A stretch of DNA of 64,000 bases from Myxine glutinosa (Eukaryota): the NCBI RefSeq assembly GCF_040869285.1, contig NC_090432.1. One strand, 5' to 3'. Under the pieces are notes generated by a model. That model saw only the letters and a program-made list of their open reading frames with translations. It was not told the DNA's origin and did not search any database. The stretch's first letter is position 1; every line of letters starts with the position of its first letter. Shown here one piece after another: positions 35,256-45,805 of this stretch. A program made the translations under genes and the position numbers.

Positions 35256-36169
35256 AATATTTCTCACCCTCTTATTATTATTGGTTCACAAGTTATCAAA
35301 CAGAGTGACCACTATATTCGTCAATCGTCATGTGTGTGCGTCTGTCTGTGTGTGTGTCTGTGTGTCTGTCTGTCTGTCCGCAGCATAACTACCCGATGAT
35401 ATCATCCGATCTTGATGAAACTTGGGTGGGAGGTTGATATCATGAGCTAGTTGTGTCCTGCCTAGAGTGGGCGTATTGCGCCCATTGTGGGCGGAGCCAC
35501 GCCCAAAAAAGATGTCTTTTTAGGGGGTAATCGAGTTCAAGCTACATATTCTCCGAGGGGTTTGGTGCAATCTGACAGGGGTTTCGATGTTTGGTTAGGC
35601 CAATGTCATGTGTCTAGCCCCACGGAGCTCGATTTTTCATTTTCGCCCCAAGGTAAAGGTCACAAAATTTAGAAAGTCAATTTTTGATGGTTTTATGACA
35701 TTGTTCGCTTCCTGATAGGGTGAAATGTCGTACATGATCTTATATTATCACATACATCATGAAATACAAGTTTTCCAACAAATTTCAGAATCTTCGACCT
35801 TTGACCTTTAAAGGTCACAAAGGTCAAATTTTCAAAGTTGTCGGAATCGAACCGAATTTTCGGTATTGTGTAGCAAACTAACCTCATAACTGATTATACA
35901 TTATTTTCTATCTCATTTCAAGGTCAGTTACCTTCGTTTTGACATTTCCAGGCCAGCACCACACACAATTACGTACAGCTGGCTCTTAAAGGCCTGCGCA
36001 CGCAGCGCATTGGGGCCCTTTGTAAATAGGCATGTACACCACATGTTGGGGGCCGACACCTGCCACGTGGGCCCCCCACCCCCCAGTCCGGGCCTGTTTC
36101 GGTTATAGTCCGTCCTTTGTCATTGAATACCGCTCGCTCATGAACCAGCGTCGTCTACTGACTTATTGT

Positions 36170-36535
36170 ACACCGCTCCTTTCCTATGCCATCTCCAGGC
36201 ATTGCAAATCGTCATTGCCGGGCACCAAAGGGGGCTCGGCAGTGACGCACGCTGAAAGAGAGTACTCAGTTTTCACTCTGGTTTCTTGTTGTACACCGCT
36301 CCTTTCCTATGCCATCTCCAGGCATTGCAAATCGTCATTGCCGGGCACCGAAGGGGGCTCGGCAGTGACGCACGCTGAAAGAGAGTACTCAGTTTTCACT
36401 CTGGTTTCTTGTTGTACACCGCTCCTTTCCTATGCCATCTCCAGGCATTGCAAATCGTCATTGCCGGGCACCGAAGGGGGCTCGGCAGTGACGCGCGCTG
36501 AAAGAGAGTACTCAGTTTCACTCTGGTTGTTTGTT
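36170..36535. repeat. 121-bp tandem repeat x3 with an internal palindrome GGCATTGCAAATCGTCATTGCC
   Basis: Direct reading; ORF 36032-36601 is a repeat translation. Confidence 0.85.
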
Positions 36536-36599
36536 TTCTTGCTTTCTTTCTTGTTTGTTTTCTTGTTTGTTTGTCCGGACGATATCTCAGCCATCCTTT

Positions 36600-37380
36600 G
36601 AGCTAGGAAGCTGAAATTTCGGCACAATAGTGAGCAAGTCCCTTGTCAAAAACTGTATTTTTTTTTTGGGGATTAATCAATAAATTGAGGAGTTATTTAA
36701 TTATTAGCGATTAATTAAGTACTTATTTAATTAATTAAATTTCCTTTCTCTTCTGACCATTAACTCAGGCACCTTTTGAGTTAGGAAGCTGATATTTGGA
36801 CATGCCAATGACCAGGTGATTTGGCTGCAAAGGATATTTTTGATTTATTAATTAATCAAGTAATCGATTAATTATTTAATTATTCGATTAATGACAAAAA
36901 AAATTTTTTTTTTTACGTTACAGATTCTGATGAAATAGTGGTAGTTTATGTGTTCTCTGACCAAATTGATTAATAATTTAATTTTTTTATGATTATTATT
37001 TATTTATTTCCATTATTAATCATTTATTAATTTTCTTTTTCATTTGGCCAATATCTCAGGCACCTTTTGAGCTGGGAAGCTAATATTTGGACATGAGTGA
37101 CCAAGTGATGTGGCTATCAAGGATATTTTTGATTTATTGATTAATCATTTCATCTATTAATTATTTATTGATTAATCGATTAATTATTTATTGAGTAATC
37201 AATTAATTATTTAATTTTTTATAAATGACTTATTTAATTAAATTTCTATAAAAAAAATTCTTCAGATGAAGCACTAGTGGTTTAGTTATGCGATTAGCCA
37301 ATTGATTATGAAAATATTTTGTGATAATCTTTTATTGATTTTAATTATACAATTAATCAATCAATTAGTGTACACCTCTC
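36600..37380. repeat. AT-rich (TTAATCGATTAATTATT-type) simple repeat alternating with a ~90-bp conserved unit
   Basis: Conserved unit TCTCAGGCACCTTTTGAGCTGGGAAGCT...GACCAAGTGATGTGGCT at 36590, 36760 and 37050. Confidence 0.7.
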
Positions 37381-37506
37381 CCTCCCAATGCAGCCTCAAT
37401 GAGCTGCACTGCGGTATTGCCGGGCGCCAGAGGCGCCCCGGCAATGCCGCGCTGCAGCATATTTAATTATTTGGCATGGGGCGGTGTACTTTGAATGTAT
37501 GTGTAC

Positions 37507-37553
<47 letters not shown>

Positions 37554-37889
37554 GGATTGGGTCCACATTGTAAGCTGAGGTGTGTTCCATTACCAATAAG
37601 CTTGTAGAGTGCTTGACAAGCGGCTTAAGCACTCCAACGAAACGGTTGATAAGGAACGGCTGGCTTGGCAAGCTGCTTGATAATAAACATACATGTATCC
37701 GGATTTTCGTCTTCCTCTTCCATAGTGTTGTTATTGTTTTACGCCCTTTTATTTAGACATTGGAGATGAGATGGAGGCACAACCAGAAATAATAGAAAAC
37801 TAGAAAACATGTGAAAATGCAAATCCAGAACACGTCCATTTGTATTCAGTCGTCTTCTTTCTTCTTCTTCCATAAGCTCAAAATAACGA

Positions 37890-38732
37890 AAACGGTTTTT
37901 AAAAAAATACTAAATTTCAATTCATGATTTTATGCAGCCTTGACCTTTGAGCTTTAGATATAAAAATAATCAGCTTCTAGCTTTTCATTGGTTAACCAAT
38001 TATGTGAACCAATATGCAAATTCATAAGATTTCAAGTCAATTGGACAAAAATTGACGATCTTATTCAACCTTGACCTTTGACCTTTTGATCAAAAAAAAA
38101 GAAAAAAAAGCAATCGACTCCTACTTTTTGATTGGTGAACCAATTCAGTGCCCCAATATGCAAATTCCTACTTTTTTTTTTTTTGTATACAAGATCGAGG
38201 CTCGTGTAAGAGCTAACATTGATCACAAAAAGACAAACTGACACATAAAACATAAAACGTATGATAAAGGGAGCGGGAGAACAAGATGGTCAATTTTTTC
38301 AGGTCAATCAACTGAAAATTGGTGATTTTATGCAACCTTGACCTTAGACCTTTTGATCTAAAAAAAACATTCGGCTTGTTGCTTTTGATTGGTGAACCAA
38401 CTCAGTGACCCAATATGCAAATTCTTAAAATTTCAGGTGAATTGGATGAAAATGACGATTTTCTGTGATGCTGACCTTTGACCTTTTCACGAAATTATTA
38501 ATTTGACTTCTCCGTATTATCACAATAAAGCTTTGTTGAAAATTTTATGACAAAACTCAAATGGTAAAATGAAATTTCAGGTCAACTGCATGGAAATTCG
38601 TGATTTTAGGTGATGCTGACCTTTAACCTTTTGACAAAATTATTAATTTTCCTTCTCCACATTATCATAATAAAGGTTTGGTGAAAAATTGATGACAAAA
38701 CTCAAATGGTAAAAAAAGTTACGGCTCTGGCA

Positions 38733-38760
<28 letters not shown>
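37890..38760. repeat. 165-bp satellite-like repeat (~5 units) ending in a (CA)n microsatellite at 38740-38810
   Basis: Same family as 21960 and 31440. Confidence 0.7.
38172..38226 (-). mobile_element. Extremely 5'-truncated LINE-A insertion (poly-T + 3' terminus)
   Basis: T13 GTATACAAGATCGAGGCTCGTGTAAGAGCTAACATT. Confidence 0.55.
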
Positions 38761-38805
<45 letters not shown>

Positions 38806-39589
38806 ACAGACACACACAGTGTATCAACTTTCTATCAGTGAATTATACATTTTATATATTTTTCTAGCAAGAGTACCTGTCCCCAGTGACAGGAAAAGTT
38901 TAAGTTGATCCATCAATGTAAATAACTTTATGGACTTTATAACGTTCAATTGTGTTTCATGGACCAAAGCTCTGAGCTACTTATACCGCCCACCGCAAAC
39001 TGGTGGTGCAACATCGGGCCGCGGAGGTTGGATTTGTCAATAAAGAGGGCAATATATCCTGCTTGTATTATTAAAATTTGGCATCAACGTTATTCATATC
39101 TGTTCTTCAGTCATTTCAGACGTGAATGTTGAGCTTTTCAAATGCAGCACGGAAAGCGGCCGCTGTGAACGGGAGACAGACAAACGCACGGACAGATACG
39201 ACGGTTCGCAATAAGTTGTTGTTGTTTTGGAACACCCTGAGGAGTTACATCCAGCACATAAAATAACCCTGGAGTTTATATATATTCGTACTATTTTGTT
39301 TACTTAGATTACCTGTTTTTCCTGAATACGCCTGCCCTGTATGGGAAGATCTACTCATGCGAAGAAGATGGATGCCGTTCTGAATGCAAGCTGCCAATCT
39401 ATCACAGTGAAGGAGCTGGGCTCCAACGCGAGTTGAAAGAATTGACGCGACCAAAGATGGAAATTCGTCCGAGTAGGTTTAATAAATGTATCACACTCGG
39501 GTACTCTGAAAAGCCCGTTTATCGGGCAGCAATATATATACACATTTATGTCGGGAAGTTTGCCCGGCAAAAGCTATACCGGGCATGCC

Positions 39590-39900
39590 CGGGTATCAAG
39601 GGCGAGCCTTGGAAAGGCGAGTCTGGACCTGCCCGGGCGTGTTTGGCTGCGGCCTGGCAAGTCGAGGCTGGGCGTGCCCGGACGCTCTGGGCGAGCCCTG
39701 GAAAGGCGATATCGGGCATGCCCGGACGCTCTGGGCGAGCCCTGGAAAGGCGATAGCGGGCATGCCCGGACGCTCTGGGCGAGCCCTGGAAAGGCGATAG
39801 CGGGCATGCCCGGACGCTCTGGGCGAGCCCTGGAAAGGCGATAGCGGGCATGCCCGGACGCTCTGGGCGAGCCCTGGAAAGGCGAGAGCGGGCATGCCCG
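39590..39900. repeat. ~44-bp minisatellite (GCGAGCCCTGGAAAGGCGATAGCGGGCATGCCCGGACGCTCTGG)n
   Basis: Direct reading; ORFs on both strands are repeat translations. Confidence 0.9.
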
Positions 39901-39987
39901 GGAAAGACGAGACCGGGCGTGCCCGGGAGGTTCGGGCGTGCCCAGGAACAGTGAGTCCGGGCATGCCCGGGAGAGGCGCGTCTGGCC

Positions 39988-40344
39988 GTGTTCTGGCCGG
40001 TGCAAGGCGATTGTGTGCATCCAGCGGTAACCGCTACAACAGGTTGTTTAAAACCAACAAACACCAACAGCCTACATATCTTGGCGGGTGCAGCTCCCCT
40101 TGATATAAGAAGAACGCTAGCCAGCAAGAAAGAGCGACTCCGTCAAACATCAGATGAGAGGCACTCTCTGCATGGCCACACACCGACACTCAGCCACCTA
40201 AATACAAGGAAGAGCTTCATGAACAGTGTCGTGTCATTACATATCAACCCCATCTGAAGCCGGTTATCGCTTTGTGGAAAGACCAGCTTGCCAGTCTCGA
40301 ACAACGCCCAGCGATGGAAATTCTACCCGATGAAGGCCTTCCCC
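39988..40344 (+). mobile_element. CR1-like LINE 3' fragment (part 1), interrupted by the LTR element
   Basis: ORF ...LHILAGAAPLDIRRTLASKKERLRQ...; continues after the LTR element at 43928-44190 with ...KCGTEPQTMQHLLQCPLLEE... (CR1/L2-type C-terminal Cys/His motif). Confidence 0.4.
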
Positions 40345-40353
40345 TGTGATGTA

Positions 40354-41972
40354 CAGTCACGTGAAAAATAAGTACACCCCATGTAAAGTTTTGCCTTTTT
40401 CAACATATTTCAACATACAGCTATTTGATCTTCATTTCAACAATATTGAAAGATAAAGGTGATATAATATAACAAATATCATGAAACATTTACATTTTGT
40501 AGTCCATTGTATAATTTAAATAAACATAAATGCAAATTTCGCATGTGGAAAAAGTAAGTACACCCTTGGCTCTAATAGGTGGTATTGCCCCCTTGGCAGA
40601 AACAACCTCAAGTAGGCGTTTCTTATAACTGTCTACCAGTCTCTCACATCGACTGGGATAAATTTTTGCCCACTCCTCCATGCAGAATTCTTTCAGCTGT
40701 GCGATGTTTGAGGGGTTTCTTGCATGCACAGCTCGTTTCAAATCCCCCCACAACATCTCGATGGGATTTAGATCCGGGCTTTGACTTGGCCATTCCAGAA
40801 CCCTCCATTTCTTTCTTTTCAGCCATTCCTTGGTGGATTTCCTTGTATGTTTAGGGTCATTGTCATGTTGCAAGGTCCACCTTCGGTTGAGCTTCAACTT
40901 CCCGACAGATGGCCTCACATTATCCTCAAGCACCCTCTGGTACAATGAAGAATTCATAGTGGATTCTATGATGGTGATCTGCCCAGGCCCTGATGCAGCA
41001 AAGCTTCCCCAAACCATAATATTTCCACCACCATGCTTTACAGTTGGTATCAGGTTATTGTGGTCAAATGCTGTCTTTGGTTTTCACCAAACATGTCTTC
41101 TGGTACTGTGGCCAAATAGCTCTACATTTGACTCATCTGTCCAGAGCACATTGTTCCAGAAGTGCTGGTCTTTGCCTAGGTCTTCATTGGCAAACTTTAG
41201 TCTTGCCCTGATGTTCTTTCTGAACAGCAACGGTTTCCTCCTTGCACACCTCCCATGTAGATCAAATTCGTGCAGCCTCTTTCTAATGGTAGACTCGTGC
41301 ACTTTGACATCAACAGTGGCAAGAGCTACCTGTAGGTCCCGTGATGACATTCTGGGGGTGCTTAGAGACTTCTTTCAGCATCTTGCGGTCTGCTCTCGGG
41401 CTGAACTTGCTGGGGCGGCCTGGCCTGAACAAGTTGGCAGTTGTTTGGAATCTTCTCCACTTGTAGATGATCTTCCGGACAGTCGAATGATTGATTTCAA
41501 ATTGTTTGGAGAGCTTTTTAAATCCCTTCCCAGACTCGTAGGCATCTATAACCTTCTTTCTGAAGGCCTCAGAGAGCTCTTTTGATCTAGGCATGGTGAT
41601 GCCGCACACTTCAACAACAAAGAGTAAACCAAACTAAATGTCTGAGGTTTAAATAAGACAGGTTCCTCCAAGATCCTCTCTAACGATGTTCTAATCATTT
41701 GCATCTGAGCTGGTGCACCTGATTCTAATTTTAGGTATTTGAAGTAGTGATAAATGTAGGGGTGTACTTAATTTTTCCACATGCGAAATTTGCATTTATG
41801 TTTATTTAAATTATACAATGGACTACAAAATGTAAATGTTTCATGATATTTGTTATATTATATCACCTTTATCGATCAATATTGTTGAAACGAATATCAA
41901 ATAGCTGTATGTTGAAATATGTTGAAAAAGGCAAAACTTTACATGGGGTGTACTTACTTTTTCACGTGACAG
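40354..41972 (-). mobile_element. Tc1-like DNA transposon (~1.62 kb) with long TIRs and a TA TSD, nested in the LTR
   Basis: TA|CAGTCACGTGAAAAATAAGTACACCCC at 40354 and the inverted copy at 41972|TA; the uninterrupted LTR site TGTGATGTATGTGAGTC is seen in the 3' LTR; transposase ORF pieces on the minus strand. Confidence 0.85.
40490..41609 (-). pseudogene. Tc1 (Sleeping-Beauty-like) transposase, three frameshifted pieces
   Basis: 41310-41609 HTH (SKELSEAFRKKVIDAYESGKGFKKLSKQFEINHSTVRKIIYKWRRFQTT...RPGRPSK); 41084-41350 (LWTDESNVELFG); 40490-41017 DDE C-terminal half (QHDNDPKHT...VLEWPSQSPDLNPIEMLW). Confidence 0.85.
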
Positions 41973-43199
41973 TATGTGAGTCTGGTGTGCGCATGCGCAA
42001 CACATGGGACCAGGAACGTGGAGCTGAGTGCAATGCCAATAAAGCGGATATAAAGTTGAGTGCATTCATTGGTCTGATTATTCATGCTTCCAGACATCAC
42101 AAGTGGCGACGAGGTGAAAACCCGTTTTTGTATCGATGGCGACTATCGGCATTCTCCATGAATACTCCGATGGGGAAGATTGGGCGGATTTTGTGGAGAG
42201 GCTGGACCAGTACTTTGTGGCCAACAACATGGCGGCCGCTGGTGATGCCGTCCATCGTCATGCTGTGTTGTTGACTGTGTGCGGGCAGAAGTTGTACGGG
42301 CTCATCAAAAACCTGCTGTCACCACGGCGACCTACTGACCTTTCCTATGAGGAACTCTGTGAGCTTGTCAAGCTACACTTCAAGCCGAAAGCTGGTCTCA
42401 TCATATCAAGGTACAAGTTTTACACACACACTCGACGGGAGGATCAGGACATTCCCGGGTTTGTTGCTGATCTGCGCCGTTTAGCAGTGCTTTGTGATTG
42501 GGGTAAATCAATGTCATCTTACAAAAACTTCTTGCTCAAGAAGATGACCTTGACCTGAGAAGAGAAGTGAGGATTGCACAGGTGTGTGTGACAACTGCTG
42601 AAAACCTGAAGGAGATCTTGTCAAAGGGGCAGAACTCTTTGAGTGCAGATACTGTAAATAAGATTGCTACATCCTCGTATAAGGCTGTGCCTCGACCAGT
42701 TGTGTTTTCAAAACCTGCTTCCTAGGTAGCGAGAGGCCCTAATAACGTGCGTTGGCATTGTGGTGCGAATCATGTGGCTCACCAGTGCCTTTTCAAATGG
42801 TACACATGCAACGGATGTGGCAAGACTGGGCATCTTCAAAAGAGGTGTCTCCAGTCCAGCAGTGGTGGTGATACTGCCACCACCCATCATGTGGATGATG
42901 GCAAGAATGTCACTGGTGCTGATGAGTCATTGCTGCATGATGAGGAGTATGAGTTGCATACGATTTCTGGCAGCCCCGCACTAATAACAGTTGATCTTCA
43001 ACTGAATGGCAAGCAGGTGTCAATGGAAGTGGACACAGGGGCGAGTCAGTCGATAATGACCAAGGAAACATTTGACAAGCTGTGGGGCTGTGAGGCCGTG
43101 AAGCCTTAATTGAGCCCGGTGAGGGTCAAACTTCAGACTTACACGAAGGAAGTTGTTCCGGTGCTTGGCAGCACTGCTGTCAGTGTGTCTTATAATATG

Positions 43200-43295
43200 A
43201 ATGAATGATCGTTTTCAGGCCATTTTCCCTGCTAGAGCGGGGGTTAGCCTTGCGGGCCCCATGACAATCATGGTTCCCTGTTTGAGGCAATGTTT
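43200..43295 (-). mobile_element. LINE-B 3' tail fragment inside the LTR element's protease region, with an adjacent ~100-bp duplication (43330-43440 = 42655-42757)
   Basis: GCCATTTTCCCTGCTAGAGCGGGGGTTAGCCTTGCGGGCCCCATGACAATCATGG... Confidence 0.6.
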
Positions 43296-43927
43296 TTTTT
43301 ACCTGCAATGAAGTTTGGCCCTCACCGGGCTCTGTAAATAAGATTGCTACATCCTCGTATAAGGCTGCGCCTCGACCAGTTGTGTTTTCAAAACCTGCTT
43401 CCGAGGTAGCGAGAGGCCCTAATAACTGGTTAGCCAATGGGTGCCATTCTTATGATGGTGTAATTTATGGAATGGCCATGTGGTTTGTGCCCGGCAATGG
43501 CCCTACATTGTTCGGGCGGAACTGGCTTAAGAGCATAAAGTTTAACTGGCATGAGATCAAAGAGCTGTCCACATTGGAGTCTCCTGGTTGTGCTCAAGTG
43601 CTGGATAAATTTCCATCTGTGTTTGAGCCAGGAATTGGTTCCATCATGAAGATGAAAGTTAAAATTCATCTGAATCCAGAAGTGCTCCTCTCCTCTGCGT
43701 AGACAACTGTAACAACTCCTCTGCGTAGGTCCTCCTGCACATCAAGACATCCAGACCAGTTGGATTTGTAATTAAGGGGGGATATATTGTGATGTATGTG
43801 AGTCCGATGTGCGCATGCGCGACACACGGGACCAGGAACGTGGAGCTGAGTGCAATGCAATAAAGCGGATATAAAGTTGAGTGCCTTCATTGGTCAGATT
43901 GTTCGTGCTTCCAGACATCACATCCCC

Positions 43928-44190
43928 CAGGAGCTAATTGCAACTGGGTAACATGGAAGTGCCTTAACATACTTAGGACTGGTGTAGGTCGTCCAAAGGT
44001 GTCACTAAACAAATGGGGATATACAACCAGCCCTACATCTTTTGAATGTGGAACTGAGCCGCAGACCATGCAACATCTCCTGCAATGTCCATTGCTAGAG
44101 GAACCCGGCACTGTTGCAGATCATGCCGAATTCAACAACAAGGCGCTAAAATGTGTCCAGCTTTGGCTGGGCCATGTATAGACTGTCCGT
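43928..44190 (+). mobile_element. CR1-like LINE 3' fragment (part 2)
   Basis: See 39988-40344. Confidence 0.4.
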
Positions 44191-44454
44191 GGACATGCTA
44201 ACAAGCTCTTTATCCTTATATTATTCGACTGGGAAATGCGTTGTGTTTGTGTAGCGTGTTTAACCCTACTTTGTAACTCTTCTTTTTCTGGATCCCCTCG
44301 ATTCTTATATCTCTTCCCACCTCTCTCCCCATTTGTCTTAATCTCCCTCTCTCCTTCTCTGCACCGCTTTACAGTGTATCCATACTCATAAATAACACTT
44401 CACAAAACCAACATAACACCTACAAAGCTCACGTTACCAATCAAACCCATTATA

Positions 44455-45660
44455 GCGGTTGGGTGCCATTTGGACCTGCACAGCGCTGCTGCATCACGTT
44501 TGGGTGCCATTCGGTCCTGCAGAGCACTTGCAGCACAGCGTTTGCGTGCCATTTGGTCCTGCACAGCGCTGCCGCATCACGTTTGGGTGCCATTCGGTCC
44601 TGCAGAGCACTTGCAGCATTGCGTTTGGGTGCCATTTGGTCCTGCACAGCGCTTGCAGCATTGCGTTTGGGTGCCATTCGGTCCTGCACAGCACTTGCAG
44701 CATCGCGTTTGGGTGCCATTCGGTCCTGCACAGCGCTGCCGCATCACGTTTGGGTGCCATTCGGTCCTGCACAGCGCTGCCGCATCACGTTTGGGTGCCA
44801 TTCGGTCCTGCACAGCGCTGCCGCATCACATTTGGGTGCCATTCGGTCCTGCAGAGCACTTGCAGCATCGCGTTTGGGTGCCATTTGGTCCTGCACAGCG
44901 TGTGCAGCATAGCGCTTGGGTGCCAATCGGTCCTGCACAACGCCTGCAGCATAGCGTTTGGGTGCCATTCGGTCTTGCCCAGCGCTTGCAGCATGGCGTT
45001 TGGGTGCCATTCGGTCCTGCACAGCGATTGCAGCACAGCGTTTGGGTGCCAATCGGTCCTGCACAGCACCTGCAGCATAGCGTTTGGGTGCCATTCGGTC
45101 CTGCACAGCACCCTGCAGAATCGCGTTTGGGTGCCATTCGGTCCGGCACAGCACTCTGCAGCATGGCATTTGGGTGCCATTCGGTCCGGCACAGCGCCTG
45201 CAGAATCGCGTTTGGGTGCCATTCGGTCCTGCACAGCACCCTGCAGAATCGCGTTTGGGTGCCATTCGGTCCGGCACAGCACTCTGCAGCATGGCATTTG
45301 GGTGCCATTCGGTCCGGCACAGCGCCTGCAGAATCGCGTTTGGGTGCCATTCGGTCCTGCACAGCACCCTGCAGCATGGCATTTGGGTGCCATTCGGTCC
45401 GGCACACCGCCTGCAGAATCGCGTTTGGGTGCCATTCGGTCCTGCACAGCGCTTGCAGCATTGCGTTTGGGTGCCATTCGGTCCTGCACAGCGCCTGCAG
45501 CATCGCTTTGGGTGCCATTCGGTCCTGCACAGCACTCTGCAGCATGGCATTTGGGTGCCATTCGGTCCTGCACAGCACCCTGCAGCATGGCATTTGGGTG
45601 CCATTCGGTCCTGCACAGCACCTGCAGCATGCCTTTGGGTGCCATTCGGTCCTGCGCCAC
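44455..45660. repeat. ~41-bp minisatellite (TTTGGGTGCCATTCGGTCCTGCACAGCGCTTGCAGCATCGCG)n, ~29 units
   Basis: Direct reading; the 290-490-aa ORFs on both strands are repeat translations. Confidence 0.95.
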
Positions 45661-45805
45661 GTTCTGGGATTTATACTTGCCACGTCGGGCATGGTTTTGA
45701 GGCGAGTGCAGTACACGCGAGCGTCTTTCAGCCTGTGCAGCCGTTTCCCATTGGTACACACCCAGCAAGGTGGGTCACGTGATGCAGTTTTGGGAAATCC
45801 CTGCG

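Larger units (their letters stand above)
40345..43922 (+). mobile_element. Non-autonomous LTR retrotransposon (gag + protease only; RT, RNase H and integrase deleted) with a 5-bp TSD TCCCC and a nested Tc1 in the 5' LTR
   Basis: LTR TGTGATGTATGTGAGTC...CCAGACATCACA (~145 bp): 5' LTR = 40345-40353 + 41973-42091, 3' LTR = 43787-43922; PBS-like TGGCGACGAGG at 42094; PPT AAGGGGGG at 43773; TSD at 40340-40344 and 43923-43927; gag ORF 42136-42558; CCHC knuckle + DTGA protease 42747-43109. Confidence 0.75.
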
